This document shows positions 9,945-20,055 of a stretch of DNA of 64,000 nt, piece after piece. Below the pieces are notes generated by a model. That model made no database searches and was not told the origin of the DNA. It worked only from the letters and a program-made list of their open reading frames with translations. The DNA comes from an uncultured Gemmatimonadales bacterium (GTDB lineage Bacteria; Gemmatimonadota; Gemmatimonadetes; Longimicrobiales; Gaopeijiaceae), in the NCBI GenBank assembly GCA_963809895.1, contig CAWELD010000010.1, positions 960,001-1,024,000 on the forward strand, given 5' to 3'. Each line of letters begins with the position of its first letter. Position 1 is the stretch's first letter. Both the position numbers and the translations under genes were made by a program.

Positions 9945-11918
9945 CTACTCCTCTTCTCCCGACGCACCCCGAAACGCGGGATCCAGGACCACGGTGGCTC
10001 CGCCGAGCTCCACCGGCCAGTGCAACACCTGGGTATGGCCCTGCAGCTCGTGGGCCCAGCCCTGCTCGGTGCGGCTCGATGTCAGAATGCGCTCGGCGGT
10101 GTGGGCGCTGGGCTCGGGATCGGGCTCGAGGCGCACCTCCCAGGCGCTGGAGAGCGCACAGGCGAGCTCCGCGCCCCGGGTGTAGGCCCGCCCGTCCCAG
10201 GCCAGCTCCACCTCGAGTCGGCCACTGGCCTCGAACCGATACCGCTTCATGAGCCACGGGGCGGGGGAGCGGGCCTCGAGGACGATGTCGAGCCGGTTCT
10301 CGCTCTGCTCCACGCGGGCGTCGAAATCCGCCCGCCACCACATGGCCTCCACGCCGTAGGGGTCCACCCGCGACGGGAACCCCACCGCTTCGCTATCGAC
10401 CACGGCCTCGACGAAGGCGACTCGCTCGACCGGGTCCACGTCCGGCAGGCTGTCCAGCCGCAACGCCCTTTCACGCTCGTGGATGGAGCCGCCGCTGGCT
10501 CCTTCCGCGACGGGCTCCTCCCCTGGGGAGCCGTGCTGCTCCACGGCCCGGCGATGGTAGCTCTCGCGCCGTCGCGTGAGGACGTCCAGCAGGTTCCGAC
10601 CCGTCGCGAACAGGGTGAGCTCCTCCAGCGCGCCACCGCGATGCGGAGCGACGACGGCCGAGAAGTGCGACGAATGCACCCAGATCTCCCGTCGGCCGTC
10701 GCCGTCGAGGTCCACAATCTCGGCTTCCAGTCCCTCGTTCCGGCGTAGAGCCCCTTCGGCGGCGGCGAGGTTCCGCCACACGGCTGCGCGCAGGGGGCGC
10801 ACGTAGAGGCCTCCGAACACGCCGTGCCAGTAGGCGTCGTTGCACTGTGCCCGTCCCACCGCGGCCCTCACCTCGGGCGGGTCTCCCGCGGCCCGGCACA
10901 TGCGCGACAGCGCGGCCGCCTTCTTGTGCATGCGGTTGGATTCGGGATAGCGCGTCAGGAAGTTGCGCCACTGGCCACCGCGGACCCACAGCCGTTCGCC
11001 GGCCGGTGCGTCCTCCAGTCGGCGTTCGGCGGCGGCGCGCCGCTCCTCGGCCTCCGGCGGCAGCGTCCAGCCCTCCATCTCACGATAGGACGCCGTGGGC
11101 AGGTAGACGGGACCACCTTCGTCGATGCGGCCCTCGAGATCGCCCACCGTCGCGAGCTGGATCTCGCCCGCATCGGACAGGCTCCTCAGGGTGTCGGTGA
11201 AGCGCTCCATCCAACCCTCCTCCCACACCCACCGACGCGTGCCCGGCCAGCCGCCGAACTTCTCGCCGTCGTCGGCCAGCAGCGCCATGCGGCGTCCAGC
11301 GGCCCGGTATCCGGCGAGCCGGTCGGCGATGGCCTCCACCGGCTGGAAGGGCACCAGGTAGCGAAGGTGCTCGTCGATGCCCAGCGTCCACACCCCCCGG
11401 CCCTGGTCCTCGGTCCGCCAGCGCCGGTGCGCCGCGCTCTCGCCCAGACCCGCCAGATGGAGGTGCCGGTCGTCCAGCAGCACCGTCTCCACGCCGGCGG
11501 CGGCGAGGTCGCCGGCGAGGCTGGGCTCCCACACCCGTTCCGTGAGCCAGAGCGTCGTGGCACTGGACCCGAACCGGCCGTGGAGGCGCTGGCGCATGCG
11601 GGCCACCTGATCGACGCGGTCCTCGCGGTCCAGGGCCGCGAGGATCGGCTCGTCACGTCCCGACGACAGGAGCTCCACCCGGCCATCCGCTACCAGGTGC
11701 CCGATGACGTCCACCAGGGGGTGGGCGTCTCCTTCGAGCCAGTCCAGGAGCGGACCGGACACGTGGAGCAGGAAGGGGCCCACCTCGCGCTCCGACAGAT
11801 GGCCGAGAAGGGGGAGGTACACCTGGTCGGCGTGGTCCCGGAACACGCTGTCGAGGTTCCCCACCGGCTGATGGAGGTGCAGGCCGAAGAGGAAGAGCAG
11901 GGGAGGGCGCTCGCTCAC
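9945..11918 (-). CDS. GH57 alpha-amylase/4-alpha-glucanotransferase
   Basis: HLHQPVGN, WLTERVWEP, DDGEKFGGWPGT, SYREM and QCNDAYWHGVFGGLY motifs; GTG start overlaps the upstream stop. Confidence 0.9.
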   Translation of the reverse strand: MSERPPLLFLFGLHLHQPVGNLDSVFRDHADQVYLPLLGHLSEREVGPFLLHVSGPLLDWLEGDAHPLVDVIGHLVADGRVELLSSGRDEPILAALDREDRVDQVARMRQRLHGRFGSSATTLWLTERVWEPSLAGDLAAAGVETVLLDDRHLHLAGLGESAAHRRWRTEDQGRGVWTLGIDEHLRYLVPFQPVEAIADRLAGYRAAGRRMALLADDGEKFGGWPGTRRWVWEEGWMERFTDTLRSLSDAGEIQLATVGDLEGRIDEGGPVYLPTASYREMEGWTLPPEAEERRAAAERRLEDAPAGERLWVRGGQWRNFLTRYPESNRMHKKAAALSRMCRAAGDPPEVRAAVGRAQCNDAYWHGVFGGLYVRPLRAAVWRNLAAAEGALRRNEGLEAEIVDLDGDGRREIWVHSSHFSAVVAPHRGGALEELTLFATGRNLLDVLTRRRESYHRRAVEQHGSPGEEPVAEGASGGSIHERERALRLDSLPDVDPVERVAFVEAVVDSEAVGFPSRVDPYGVEAMWWRADFDARVEQSENRLDIVLEARSPAPWLMKRYRFEASGRLEVELAWDGRAYTRGAELACALSSAWEVRLEPDPEPSAHTAERILTSSRTEQGWAHELQGHTQVLHWPVELGGATVVLDPAFRGASGEEE

Positions 11919-13966
11919 GACGGTCCTCCCTCGTCGGGCTGGAGGCCGGCACCCTCGAGCAGGGGCTGGAGGCTGGCACGCGACGATGCGTCGAAGCGCT
12001 CCCAGCATGCCCACACCGCGTGCTGCACCGGCGCCGGCAAGGCCTCCTGCAGCTCGGGGTCGTCCAGCAGCGGACGGAGCTCCGCCACCCGCGCCTCCAC
12101 ATGCGGGTCCTCGCCGTCCAGCGCGTCGAGGGCCCGGATCAATGCGTGACCCCGGGCCATGGCCAGGGACCAGCGGCCGGACAGCAGCGCGTTGTGCTGG
12201 GCCGGCGTCAGGAGCTCGCGCAGGGTGGACGCGCCCAGGGAGTCACCGATGCGCACGTCCCAGGGAAACGGAAGATCCTTCGCCGCGACGAGCTCGGGGG
12301 ATCCCGGAGCCGCTCCCCCCACATTCTCTCGCAGGGCTCGAACGCGGGGCCGCTCCTCCCCTTCGTCCAGGGTGGCGGTCCAGCGCTGGCGGCCCCCGGT
12401 GCGGGTATCCGTGACCTCGGTCAGGTCGTCCGCGGCGGCCACCCTCCAGGCCCCGACCTTCGAGGGCCGCGGCAGCGAAGCGTGGCTGGTGAAGGCGTCG
12501 ACCGCCGCCACGCGGGCACCTGCCGACGGGCCGGAGCGGACGTGACGCCCCCACACCCGGGCCCCGTCGCCTTCCGTAGGGTCGTTGCTCGAGGCGCCAC
12601 GCAGGGTACTCACCAACTCGTCCTCCAGGGGGCGGGCCTGCGGTCCGGCGAGGTCGAGGGCCCGCGCGGCGCTCCGGAGCGCGAGGATGGGCTCCAGGCG
12701 CGCCAGGTCGTCGAAGAACCAGGCGCACGAGGTGAACATCCGCAGCCCCTCTCGCGCCATCTCCAGCGCCTCGAGGGCGGTGCGACGCTCCCCCTCGCCC
12801 AGACTCCGGCCGGCTTCGCGGTCCAGGAAGTCGATGCGCGCGGGCAGATCGGCCTCCGCTACCTCCACGTAGCGGCCCAGCGACGCGCCCGGGTCGGGCA
12901 CGAGCGGTGCCATGGTGTCGGCGTACCTGCGGGCGAGCTCCTCGCCCAACCGCGCGAGGCCGCGGCGCAGAGGCCCTCGCCAGGCCTGGCTGGTGGGGAC
13001 CGACGGATCGGTGCGGCAGCCGCAGTCCCGTCGCCAACGGTCGACCCCGTGGGGGCAGCTCCACGAGCTGGGCGCCACGACCTCCACCGGGTGCTCGGCC
13101 CCTCGCTCGGCCAGCACCGCTGCGAAGTTCGTGACCCGCACGTGAGGCTCGGCTTCCAGCCGCACCAACACGTTCGCCAACGCCATCTCGCCGAAGGTGT
13201 GATGATGGCCGAAGGTCTCGCCGTCGGTGGCCAGGCTCGCCAGCGCCGGTCCGTCGGCGCTCCGATGAGCCATCAGGGCATCGGCCCAGGCCGACGCGTC
13301 GCGCAGGAGTCCCCCGAAAGACACGCCGTGGGACAGCGCCCCGTCGTAGACGAAGACCGCCATGCTCCGGTCCCCACCCAGCGAGACACGACCGGGAAGG
13401 CCCCGGGGCGGCGCCTCCAGCACCTGGGAGGAGCCCAGGACCACGAAGGCCAGTCCCTCGTCCGCCACCGCCTCCAGCGTCGGGAGATCCACGGCGGCCT
13501 CGGGCAACCAGAACCCTTCCGGGTCCCGACCGAAGCGGCGCCGGAAGTCCCGCACGCCCCAGCGGATCTCGGTGCGGCGGTCCCTGGGAGAGGCCAGGGG
13601 GAGGATGACGTGGTGATAGGAGGTGGCGAGGGCGTTGCCGTGTCCCGTGCGTCGCATCCCGACGCGGTCCGCGTCGAGGAAGGCCTGATAGGTTGCGGGG
13701 GTTTCCCGCTCCAGCCAGCGCAGGAGGGTGGGCGCGGCGTCGAAGCTCATGCGCCCGAGCGTGTTGAGGAATCCTCGCACCCGGCCGTCGGAAGCCAGGA
13801 GGCGGGCCGCGGTCACGCTCCGATAGCACTCCTCGTGGATACGCTGGTTCCAATCGTGGAAGGGGGCGGCCGTAGGCTCGGCCGGGACCGTGTCCGTCCA
13901 GGGATCCTCACGAGGCGGCTGATAGAAGTGGCCATGGAGAACCACGTCCAGCGGGGGCACGCTCAT
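11915..13966 (-). CDS. GH57-family DUF3536 glycoside hydrolase
   Basis: HGHFYQPPREDPW, GFWLPEAAVD, ATDGETFGHH, SSWSCPHGVDRW and MFTSCAWFFDD motifs. Confidence 0.9.
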   Translation of the reverse strand: MSVPPLDVVLHGHFYQPPREDPWTDTVPAEPTAAPFHDWNQRIHEECYRSVTAARLLASDGRVRGFLNTLGRMSFDAAPTLLRWLERETPATYQAFLDADRVGMRRTGHGNALATSYHHVILPLASPRDRRTEIRWGVRDFRRRFGRDPEGFWLPEAAVDLPTLEAVADEGLAFVVLGSSQVLEAPPRGLPGRVSLGGDRSMAVFVYDGALSHGVSFGGLLRDASAWADALMAHRSADGPALASLATDGETFGHHHTFGEMALANVLVRLEAEPHVRVTNFAAVLAERGAEHPVEVVAPSSWSCPHGVDRWRRDCGCRTDPSVPTSQAWRGPLRRGLARLGEELARRYADTMAPLVPDPGASLGRYVEVAEADLPARIDFLDREAGRSLGEGERRTALEALEMAREGLRMFTSCAWFFDDLARLEPILALRSAARALDLAGPQARPLEDELVSTLRGASSNDPTEGDGARVWGRHVRSGPSAGARVAAVDAFTSHASLPRPSKVGAWRVAAADDLTEVTDTRTGGRQRWTATLDEGEERPRVRALRENVGGAAPGSPELVAAKDLPFPWDVRIGDSLGASTLRELLTPAQHNALLSGRWSLAMARGHALIRALDALDGEDPHVEARVAELRPLLDDPELQEALPAPVQHAVWACWERFDASSRASLQPLLEGAGLQPDEGGPS

Positions 13967-15456
13967 GTGCGCTGACGGCCCGCCCGCTCCACGAGCGCCC
14001 GCTGGTAGACGTGGTCGTATTCCTCCACCCGCCGCGGCCAGCTGAAGTCCCGGGTCATGGCCTCCCGCACCATGCGCCGCCACGCCGGCGGATCGCCGTA
14101 GCGTTGCACCGTTCGCTCCAGGGCACCGTCCAGCGCCTCGGTGCCGTACTTGTCGAACATGAAGCCCGTGACCTCGTCCTGGACGGTGTCGGCCAGCCCT
14201 CCGACCCGCCGCACCACGGGCAGCGTGCCGTAGCGCTGCGCTCGCATCTGTGTGAGCCCGCACGGCTCGTATTGCGAGGGCATGAGCAGGGCGTCGGCCC
14301 CGGCGATGAGGCGATGCTCTCGGGTCTCGGTGAACTCGAAGCGCACCACGACGCGGTCCGGCGCCTCGCGGGCCAGCGCCGCGAGCCCGGCCTGGTAGCG
14401 GGGCTCCCCTTCGCCGATGAAGACCCACTGGGCCGGGAGCCGGGGAAGCAGTCCCGATCCGAGGATCAGGTCGAAGCCCTTCTGCTCGACGAGTCGTGCC
14501 GCCATGCCGAAGAGCGGCCGCCCCGACTCCGGGGGCAGCCCGACCGCTTCCTGCAGCCAGCGCTTGCAGGCCCGCTTTCCGGACAGGTGGTCCCGGTCGT
14601 ACGCGGCGGTGATGGCCGGGTCCAGCGCCGGATCCCACACCTCCTGGTCGATGCCGTTGACGATGCCGACGAGACGATCGCCCAGGTGCTCGAAGGCGCC
14701 GTGCAGCCCGAAGCCGCCGTCCGGCGTGGTGAGCTCGCGGGCGTGGCTGGGGCTCACCGTGGTGACCATGTCGGAGAAGACCAGGCCGCCCTTCAGCACG
14801 TTGACCCGGTCGTACCACTCCAGGATGCGCCAGTCGTACAGGCTCTCGGGCAGCCCGAGCTCGGTGAGCACGTCGTGGCCGAAGTGGCCCTGATAGCCCG
14901 CGTTGTGCACCGTGAGCACCGTGGCGGCCTCGCGGGCCAGGCGGGAATCCGCGAGCTCCGTGCGCAGGTAGAGGATGGCGAGGGCGGTGTGCCAGTCGTG
15001 GGCGTGCAGCACCAGGGGGCCCGTCACCAGCTCCGGCAGCATCTCGAGCACGAAGCGGCTGAAGAAGGCGAAGCGACGGTGGTTGTCGGGATAGTCGGCA
15101 CCGTGCTGGCCGTAGATGCCCGGTCGCCCGAAGTAGCCGTCGTGCTCCACGAAGAAGACCCGCACGTCGCCGTCGGCCACAGGCATGTGGTGGAGGCGGC
15201 CCTGTTCCTCGCGCGGCCCGACGCGGACGGAGCGGGGGTCGCCGAGCGGCTCGATGTCGGGAAAGCGTGCCTGCACCGAGGCGAACAGGGGCATGACGAC
15301 CAGGGTGGGTCGCGTGGCGGCCGCCTGGTAGGTGGCGATGCCCCGCACGGCCTCGGCGAGGCCGCCGGTGCGGGCGAAGGGCCAGTATTCCGCGCACAGG
15401 TGGACCGCCGGCACGATGCCGGGATCGGGGACCTTGGAACGGCGTGCAGGCGTCAT
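13963..15456 (-). CDS. glgA: Glycogen synthase
   Basis: RTGGL, HAHDWH, TVHNAGYQG, GIVNGID, QKGFDL and EPCGLTQM motifs. Confidence 0.93.
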   Translation of the reverse strand: MTPARRSKVPDPGIVPAVHLCAEYWPFARTGGLAEAVRGIATYQAAATRPTLVVMPLFASVQARFPDIEPLGDPRSVRVGPREEQGRLHHMPVADGDVRVFFVEHDGYFGRPGIYGQHGADYPDNHRRFAFFSRFVLEMLPELVTGPLVLHAHDWHTALAILYLRTELADSRLAREAATVLTVHNAGYQGHFGHDVLTELGLPESLYDWRILEWYDRVNVLKGGLVFSDMVTTVSPSHARELTTPDGGFGLHGAFEHLGDRLVGIVNGIDQEVWDPALDPAITAAYDRDHLSGKRACKRWLQEAVGLPPESGRPLFGMAARLVEQKGFDLILGSGLLPRLPAQWVFIGEGEPRYQAGLAALAREAPDRVVVRFEFTETREHRLIAGADALLMPSQYEPCGLTQMRAQRYGTLPVVRRVGGLADTVQDEVTGFMFDKYGTEALDGALERTVQRYGDPPAWRRMVREAMTRDFSWPRRVEEYDHVYQRALVERAGRQRT

Positions 15457-15478
15457 CGGTCGTGGCGGGATGCGCGCT

Positions 15479-17638
15479 TCAGGAGGTAGGAGGGATGTCT
15501 CCCTCGCTCTCGCCCCGCAGCGCGGGTGCGTAGTACTGGCGGGCGTACTCCTCGACCATCCTGGCCGTGGTGAAGTGGCGGCCTGCCACCATGATGGCGT
15601 TCTTCATCATGCGGATCCAGGCAACGGGCAGATCGCGTTCGTCCCGCTCGTAGAACCGCGGGACCACCTCGCGCTCCAGGAGGGTGAACAGCTGCTCGTG
15701 ATCGTGCGCATCCACCTCGTTGTCCTCTCCGTCGGCCAGAGGGAGAGCCCAGCCGTTTCCGCCATCGAAGCCTTCGGCCCACCACCCGTCCAGTGTACCG
15801 AGCTGAGGCACGCCGTTGAGCGCCGCCTTCATACCGCTCGTGCCCGAGGCCTCCATGGGAACGCGCGGCAGGTTGAGCCACAGGTCGACGCCCTGCACCA
15901 ACCGGTGCGCCACGTGCAGCTCGTAGTCTTCCAGGAAGGCGATGCGGCCGTGGAAGCGGGGATCCCGGGTGGCGTGGTAGATGCGCTGAAGGATGCGCTT
16001 GGCCTCGTCGTCGGCGGGATGGGCTTTGCCGGCGAAGACGAGCTGAACCGGCCGGTGGTCGTCGGTGAGAAGCTCCCGCAGCCGATCGGGGTCTCGCAGC
16101 AGCAGGTCGGCCCGCTTGTAGGTGGCGAAACGGCGCGCGAAGCCGATGGTCAACGGCTCGGGGCTCAGCAGAGTCCCGGACCCGACCAGGTGGGCCGAAT
16201 CCCACTGCAGGCTCCTCCAGCGCCTCCGCGCCTGCTCGCGCATGAAGTCCAGCAGGATCTGCTTCTGCTCCACGTGGACGCCCCACACCCGCTCGTCGTC
16301 GAGCTCGAGGACGACATCCCAGATCCCCGGCTCACGGGCCCGCTGCTCCCAGCCGTGGCCGAGCTTCTCGTCCAGGAGCGACATCCACCGGTGCGACATC
16401 CAACTGGTGAGGTGAACGCCGTTGGTGATGGCGCCGATGGGGAGCATGTCCGGCTCCCGCTCCGGCCAGAGACAACGCCACAGTTCCCGTGTCACCTGGC
16501 CGTGGCGACGCGAGACGCCGTTCACCCAGCGCGACAGGCGAATGGCCAGCGCTGTCATGTGAAAGCGTCCGCCGTCGAGCTCCGGATGCCGTCCGAGCTC
16601 CAGGATGCGGTCGCGCTCGATGTCCGACTCGTCCCAGCTCCCGTTCACGCACTCCTCGATCTGCTCGCGGGTGAAGACGTCGTGGCCCGCAGGGACCGGG
16701 GTGTGGGTGGTGAAGATGCTCCGAGCCCGGACGTCGGCCACGGCGGTGTCCCAGTCGGTTCCGGCCTGGAGCTTCTCGAGCAGCCGCTCGGTGAGCATGA
16801 AGGCCGCATGGCCCTCGTTGGCGTGCCAGGCTCCCGGCTCGATCTGAAGTGCCCGCAGCACGCGCACACCCCCGGTCCCGAGAAGCCACTCCTGCCTCAA
16901 TCGGTACTCCGAGCCTCCGCCGTAGAGCCGGTGCGTGAGCTCCCGGTCCGCGGGGTCGTTCTCCGGCAGGTTGGCGTCCAGCAGGTAGAGCTGGACACGG
17001 CCCGCGGTCAGGCGCCAGGCGCCGAGATGGACGTCGCGTCCCCAGGCGCGCACGCGTGCCAGGGCGGCTCGTCCCCCGCTGTCGGTGAGGCGCACCAGGG
17101 GCATGATGGTGGGATCGAAGGCCTCGTCGGAGTCCTCCTGCCAGCCGTCCAGCGTCACCTTCTGATCGAAGTAGCCCTTGCTGTACAACAGTCCCACGCC
17201 CACCAGGGGCACACCCAGGTCCGAGGCCGCCTTGCAGTGATCCCCGGCCAGGACCCCCAATCCCCCGGAGTAGATGGGAATGGAGTTGTGGAGCCCGAAC
17301 TCGGCGCAGAAGTAGGCCACGGGTCTCGCGTCGAGCCCGGGAAAGGCCTGGTTCCACCAGGTCTCCACGGAGGCCTGTTCGCGGCGGAGCGCCTCCACCG
17401 TGGTGTCGTACAGCTCGAGGAACTGCGGATCCTGAGCGCGAGCTGCCAGGCGCGCGGGATCTACCCTGCGAAGCATCTCGACGGGGTTGTGGCGCGTGAG
17501 CGACCACAGGATGGGATCGATCTGGCGCAACATGGCACGCGCGTTCCTGTGCCATCGCCAGGAGAGGTTCAGGGCGATCTCGCCGAGGGCCTGAAGGCGC
17601 TCGGGAAGGTAGGGGATCTTGCCGGAGGCGAGGGGCAT
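15479..17638 (-). CDS. glgP: Alpha-glucan phosphorylase
   Basis: YSGGLGVLAGDH, NEGHAAF, ARRFATYKRA and EASGTSGMKAALNG (PLP lysine) motifs. Confidence 0.95.
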   Translation of the reverse strand: MPLASGKIPYLPERLQALGEIALNLSWRWHRNARAMLRQIDPILWSLTRHNPVEMLRRVDPARLAARAQDPQFLELYDTTVEALRREQASVETWWNQAFPGLDARPVAYFCAEFGLHNSIPIYSGGLGVLAGDHCKAASDLGVPLVGVGLLYSKGYFDQKVTLDGWQEDSDEAFDPTIMPLVRLTDSGGRAALARVRAWGRDVHLGAWRLTAGRVQLYLLDANLPENDPADRELTHRLYGGGSEYRLRQEWLLGTGGVRVLRALQIEPGAWHANEGHAAFMLTERLLEKLQAGTDWDTAVADVRARSIFTTHTPVPAGHDVFTREQIEECVNGSWDESDIERDRILELGRHPELDGGRFHMTALAIRLSRWVNGVSRRHGQVTRELWRCLWPEREPDMLPIGAITNGVHLTSWMSHRWMSLLDEKLGHGWEQRAREPGIWDVVLELDDERVWGVHVEQKQILLDFMREQARRRWRSLQWDSAHLVGSGTLLSPEPLTIGFARRFATYKRADLLLRDPDRLRELLTDDHRPVQLVFAGKAHPADDEAKRILQRIYHATRDPRFHGRIAFLEDYELHVAHRLVQGVDLWLNLPRVPMEASGTSGMKAALNGVPQLGTLDGWWAEGFDGGNGWALPLADGEDNEVDAHDHEQLFTLLEREVVPRFYERDERDLPVAWIRMMKNAIMVAGRHFTTARMVEEYARQYYAPALRGESEGDIPPTS

Positions 17639-17720
17639 CGGTCGGGGGTCTGGTGCGGAGAAGTCCTGCGTGGAGCACCCGGAGGATACCGGGTTCACCC
17701 GTCCGGGTGGAAGGGGCGGC

Positions 17721-20054
17721 TCAGACCAGCCGCACGATCTGCGTCAGGAGGAAGCAGACGGTGAAGCCCATCGCCAGGGGCATGAGCGCCGCCACGGCGG
17801 TCCATTTCCAGCTTCGCGTCTCACGGTAGATGGTGTAGAGGGTCGTAGAGCACGGATTGTGGAGCAGGCTGAACAGCATGACGTTGACGGCCGTGACCAG
17901 GGTCCAGCCACCGGCCCGCAGGAGCTGCTCCACATCGCTGGCGCGGTCCAGCTCGAACATGACGCCCGCCCCCTGGCCCACTCCCGCGATTCCCGCCGTG
18001 AGCACGGTGAGCATGAGGATCGTCGGGATCACGATCTCGTTGGCCGGGATCGCCACCACGTAGGCCAGCAGGATGACGCCGTTCAGCCCCACCAGGAGGC
18101 CGAAGGGATTCATCCACCCTACCAGGTGCTCGGCCACGCTGGTGCCGCCGAGGTGCACGTTGGAGACCAGCCAGATGACTGCGCCCGCCGGCATGGCGAA
18201 CACCACGGCGCGCCACAGCACGATGAGCGTGCGGTCGATGAGCGAGGTGTAGAGGGTCTGGAGGATCCGGGGCGGACGATAGGGCGGCAGCTCCAGGCTG
18301 AAGGTCGTGGCCTCGCCCTTCAGCACCGAGCGCGACAGGACCCACGAGCTCACGAACGTCGCCAGGATTCCCAGAAGCGCGACCCCCACCACCGCCGAGG
18401 CCGACACCAGCCCCGCGAGGTGCGCCGGCGCCAGGGCTCCGATGAAGATGCTGGCCAACAGGATCTGGGTGGGCCAGCGGCCGTTGCAGAGGCTGAAGTT
18501 GTTGGTGATGATCGCGATGAGCCGCTCACGGGGCGAGTCGATCACCCGCGTCGCCACCACCCCGGCGGCGTTGCAACCGAAGCCCATGGCCATGGTGAGC
18601 GCCTGTTTTCCGTGCGCGCCGGCCCTGCGGAAGAGCGCGTCCAGGTTGAACGCGACCCGGGGCAGGTACCCGAAATCCTCCAGGAGCGTGAAGAGAGGAA
18701 AGAAGATGGCCATGGGGGGCAGCATGACCGCCACCACCCACGCCGTGGCCAGATACATGCCGTCGAAGAGCAGTCCGTTCAGCCAAGCGGGCAGGCCCAC
18801 CGAGGAGCCCAACCCCTTGAGGGCGGGATGGAGGTGCTCCACCAGGAGCGTCGACAGCAGGCCCGAGGGCACGTTGGCGCCGGCGATGGTGATCCAGAAG
18901 ACCGCCATGAGCATGAGCAGCATGACGGGAAACCCGGTCCAGGGGCTCGTCACCAGTCGGTCCAGCGTGCGGTCGAAGGTGCGCTTGGCGCGGGCGCGGA
19001 CGGTGCCCCCGGCTGCCGCGGCGATCTCCTCGGCCCTTTGGAAGAGCGTGGCGACGATGGAGTCGTGGAAGTCGGGCGGCAGCGACCAGCGCAGCTCAGA
19101 GGCACGTTCCAACACGGCCTCTCGTGAGGTGCGCGCTTCAACGGACGTGCGGGTGTCCGCCAACGGCGAGGTCAGAACGGCCGCGCCGCCCCGCGGCGTC
19201 CGCGGGCGCGCTCCGCCTTCCGTGCTTCCCACCACCGTGATGCCGGTAACGGGCGGGGGCGCGGCGTCGACGGTGAGCTGGCCGATCTCGCCGGTGCGCA
19301 CGGCTTCTTCCACGCGCTCGTCGGCGTTCAGGAGGCGAAGGGCGACCCAGCGGGCGTTGGGAAGGCCCGGAAAGGCCTCTTCGATGAACGGGACCAGTGC
19401 CGCCACGGCCTCCTCCACCGGCGGGGCGTAGCCCTCGACACGCACGGGCCGGGTGCGGACCGCGCCCGTGGCCACCTCGTGGATGGCCTTCTGGAGCTCG
19501 GGCACACCTCGCTTCTCACGGGCCACGGCGGGGATCACCGGTACACCGAGCTCCCGTTGCAGCTTGGCCGCATCCACCACGACGCCGTGGCGGCGGGCCT
19601 CGTCCATCAGGTTCAGGCACACCACGACCCGGTCGGTGATGGCCAGGATCTGGAGGAGCAGGTTCAGGTTCCGCTCCAACCTGCTGGCGTCCAGCACCAC
19701 CACCGTCACGTCCGGCCGTCCGAACAGGATGAAGTCCCGCGCGACTTCCTCGTCGGCGCTTCCCGCCTGCAGCGAGTAGGTGCCCGGCAGATCCACGACC
19801 TTCACCTGACGGCCCTGGTACGTGTACGCGCCCTCGGCCCTCACCACGGTCTTGCCGGGCCAGTTGCCGGTGTGCTGGCGCAGACCCGTGAGGGCGTTGA
19901 AGACGGTGCTCTTGCCCGTATTGGGGTTGCCGGCGAGCGCCACCAGCAGGTCCCATCCGTCGGCGCTCAGGCCGAGGCGGTCCAGGTTGCGGCGGCGGTG
20001 CGCGCCCAGACTCTCGTCCGGGGGGGACGACACGGTGGGAAGGCGTACGGACAC
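17721..20054 (-). CDS. feoB: Ferrous iron transport protein B
   Basis: GNPNTGKS, GNWPGKTV, DLPGTYS and NLMD G-domain motifs; LLEDFGYLPR and GFGC gate motifs. Confidence 0.95.
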   Translation of the reverse strand: MSVRLPTVSSPPDESLGAHRRRNLDRLGLSADGWDLLVALAGNPNTGKSTVFNALTGLRQHTGNWPGKTVVRAEGAYTYQGRQVKVVDLPGTYSLQAGSADEEVARDFILFGRPDVTVVVLDASRLERNLNLLLQILAITDRVVVCLNLMDEARRHGVVVDAAKLQRELGVPVIPAVAREKRGVPELQKAIHEVATGAVRTRPVRVEGYAPPVEEAVAALVPFIEEAFPGLPNARWVALRLLNADERVEEAVRTGEIGQLTVDAAPPPVTGITVVGSTEGGARPRTPRGGAAVLTSPLADTRTSVEARTSREAVLERASELRWSLPPDFHDSIVATLFQRAEEIAAAAGGTVRARAKRTFDRTLDRLVTSPWTGFPVMLLMLMAVFWITIAGANVPSGLLSTLLVEHLHPALKGLGSSVGLPAWLNGLLFDGMYLATAWVVAVMLPPMAIFFPLFTLLEDFGYLPRVAFNLDALFRRAGAHGKQALTMAMGFGCNAAGVVATRVIDSPRERLIAIITNNFSLCNGRWPTQILLASIFIGALAPAHLAGLVSASAVVGVALLGILATFVSSWVLSRSVLKGEATTFSLELPPYRPPRILQTLYTSLIDRTLIVLWRAVVFAMPAGAVIWLVSNVHLGGTSVAEHLVGWMNPFGLLVGLNGVILLAYVVAIPANEIVIPTILMLTVLTAGIAGVGQGAGVMFELDRASDVEQLLRAGGWTLVTAVNVMLFSLLHNPCSTTLYTIYRETRSWKWTAVAALMPLAMGFTVCFLLTQIVRLV

Positions 20055-20055
20055 G

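Noticed and set aside
13967..15397. N-terminal 477 aa of the 1160-aa ORF 11915-15397
   Set aside because: Arg/Gly/Pro-rich off-frame shadow of glgA; the real GH57 gene starts at 13966
15332..17764. Long antisense ORFs (also 12020-13975, 24701-26620, 34338-36197, 59067-61145, 60860-63028)
   Set aside because: Typical stop-poor antisense frames of high-GC genes with no recognisable motifs
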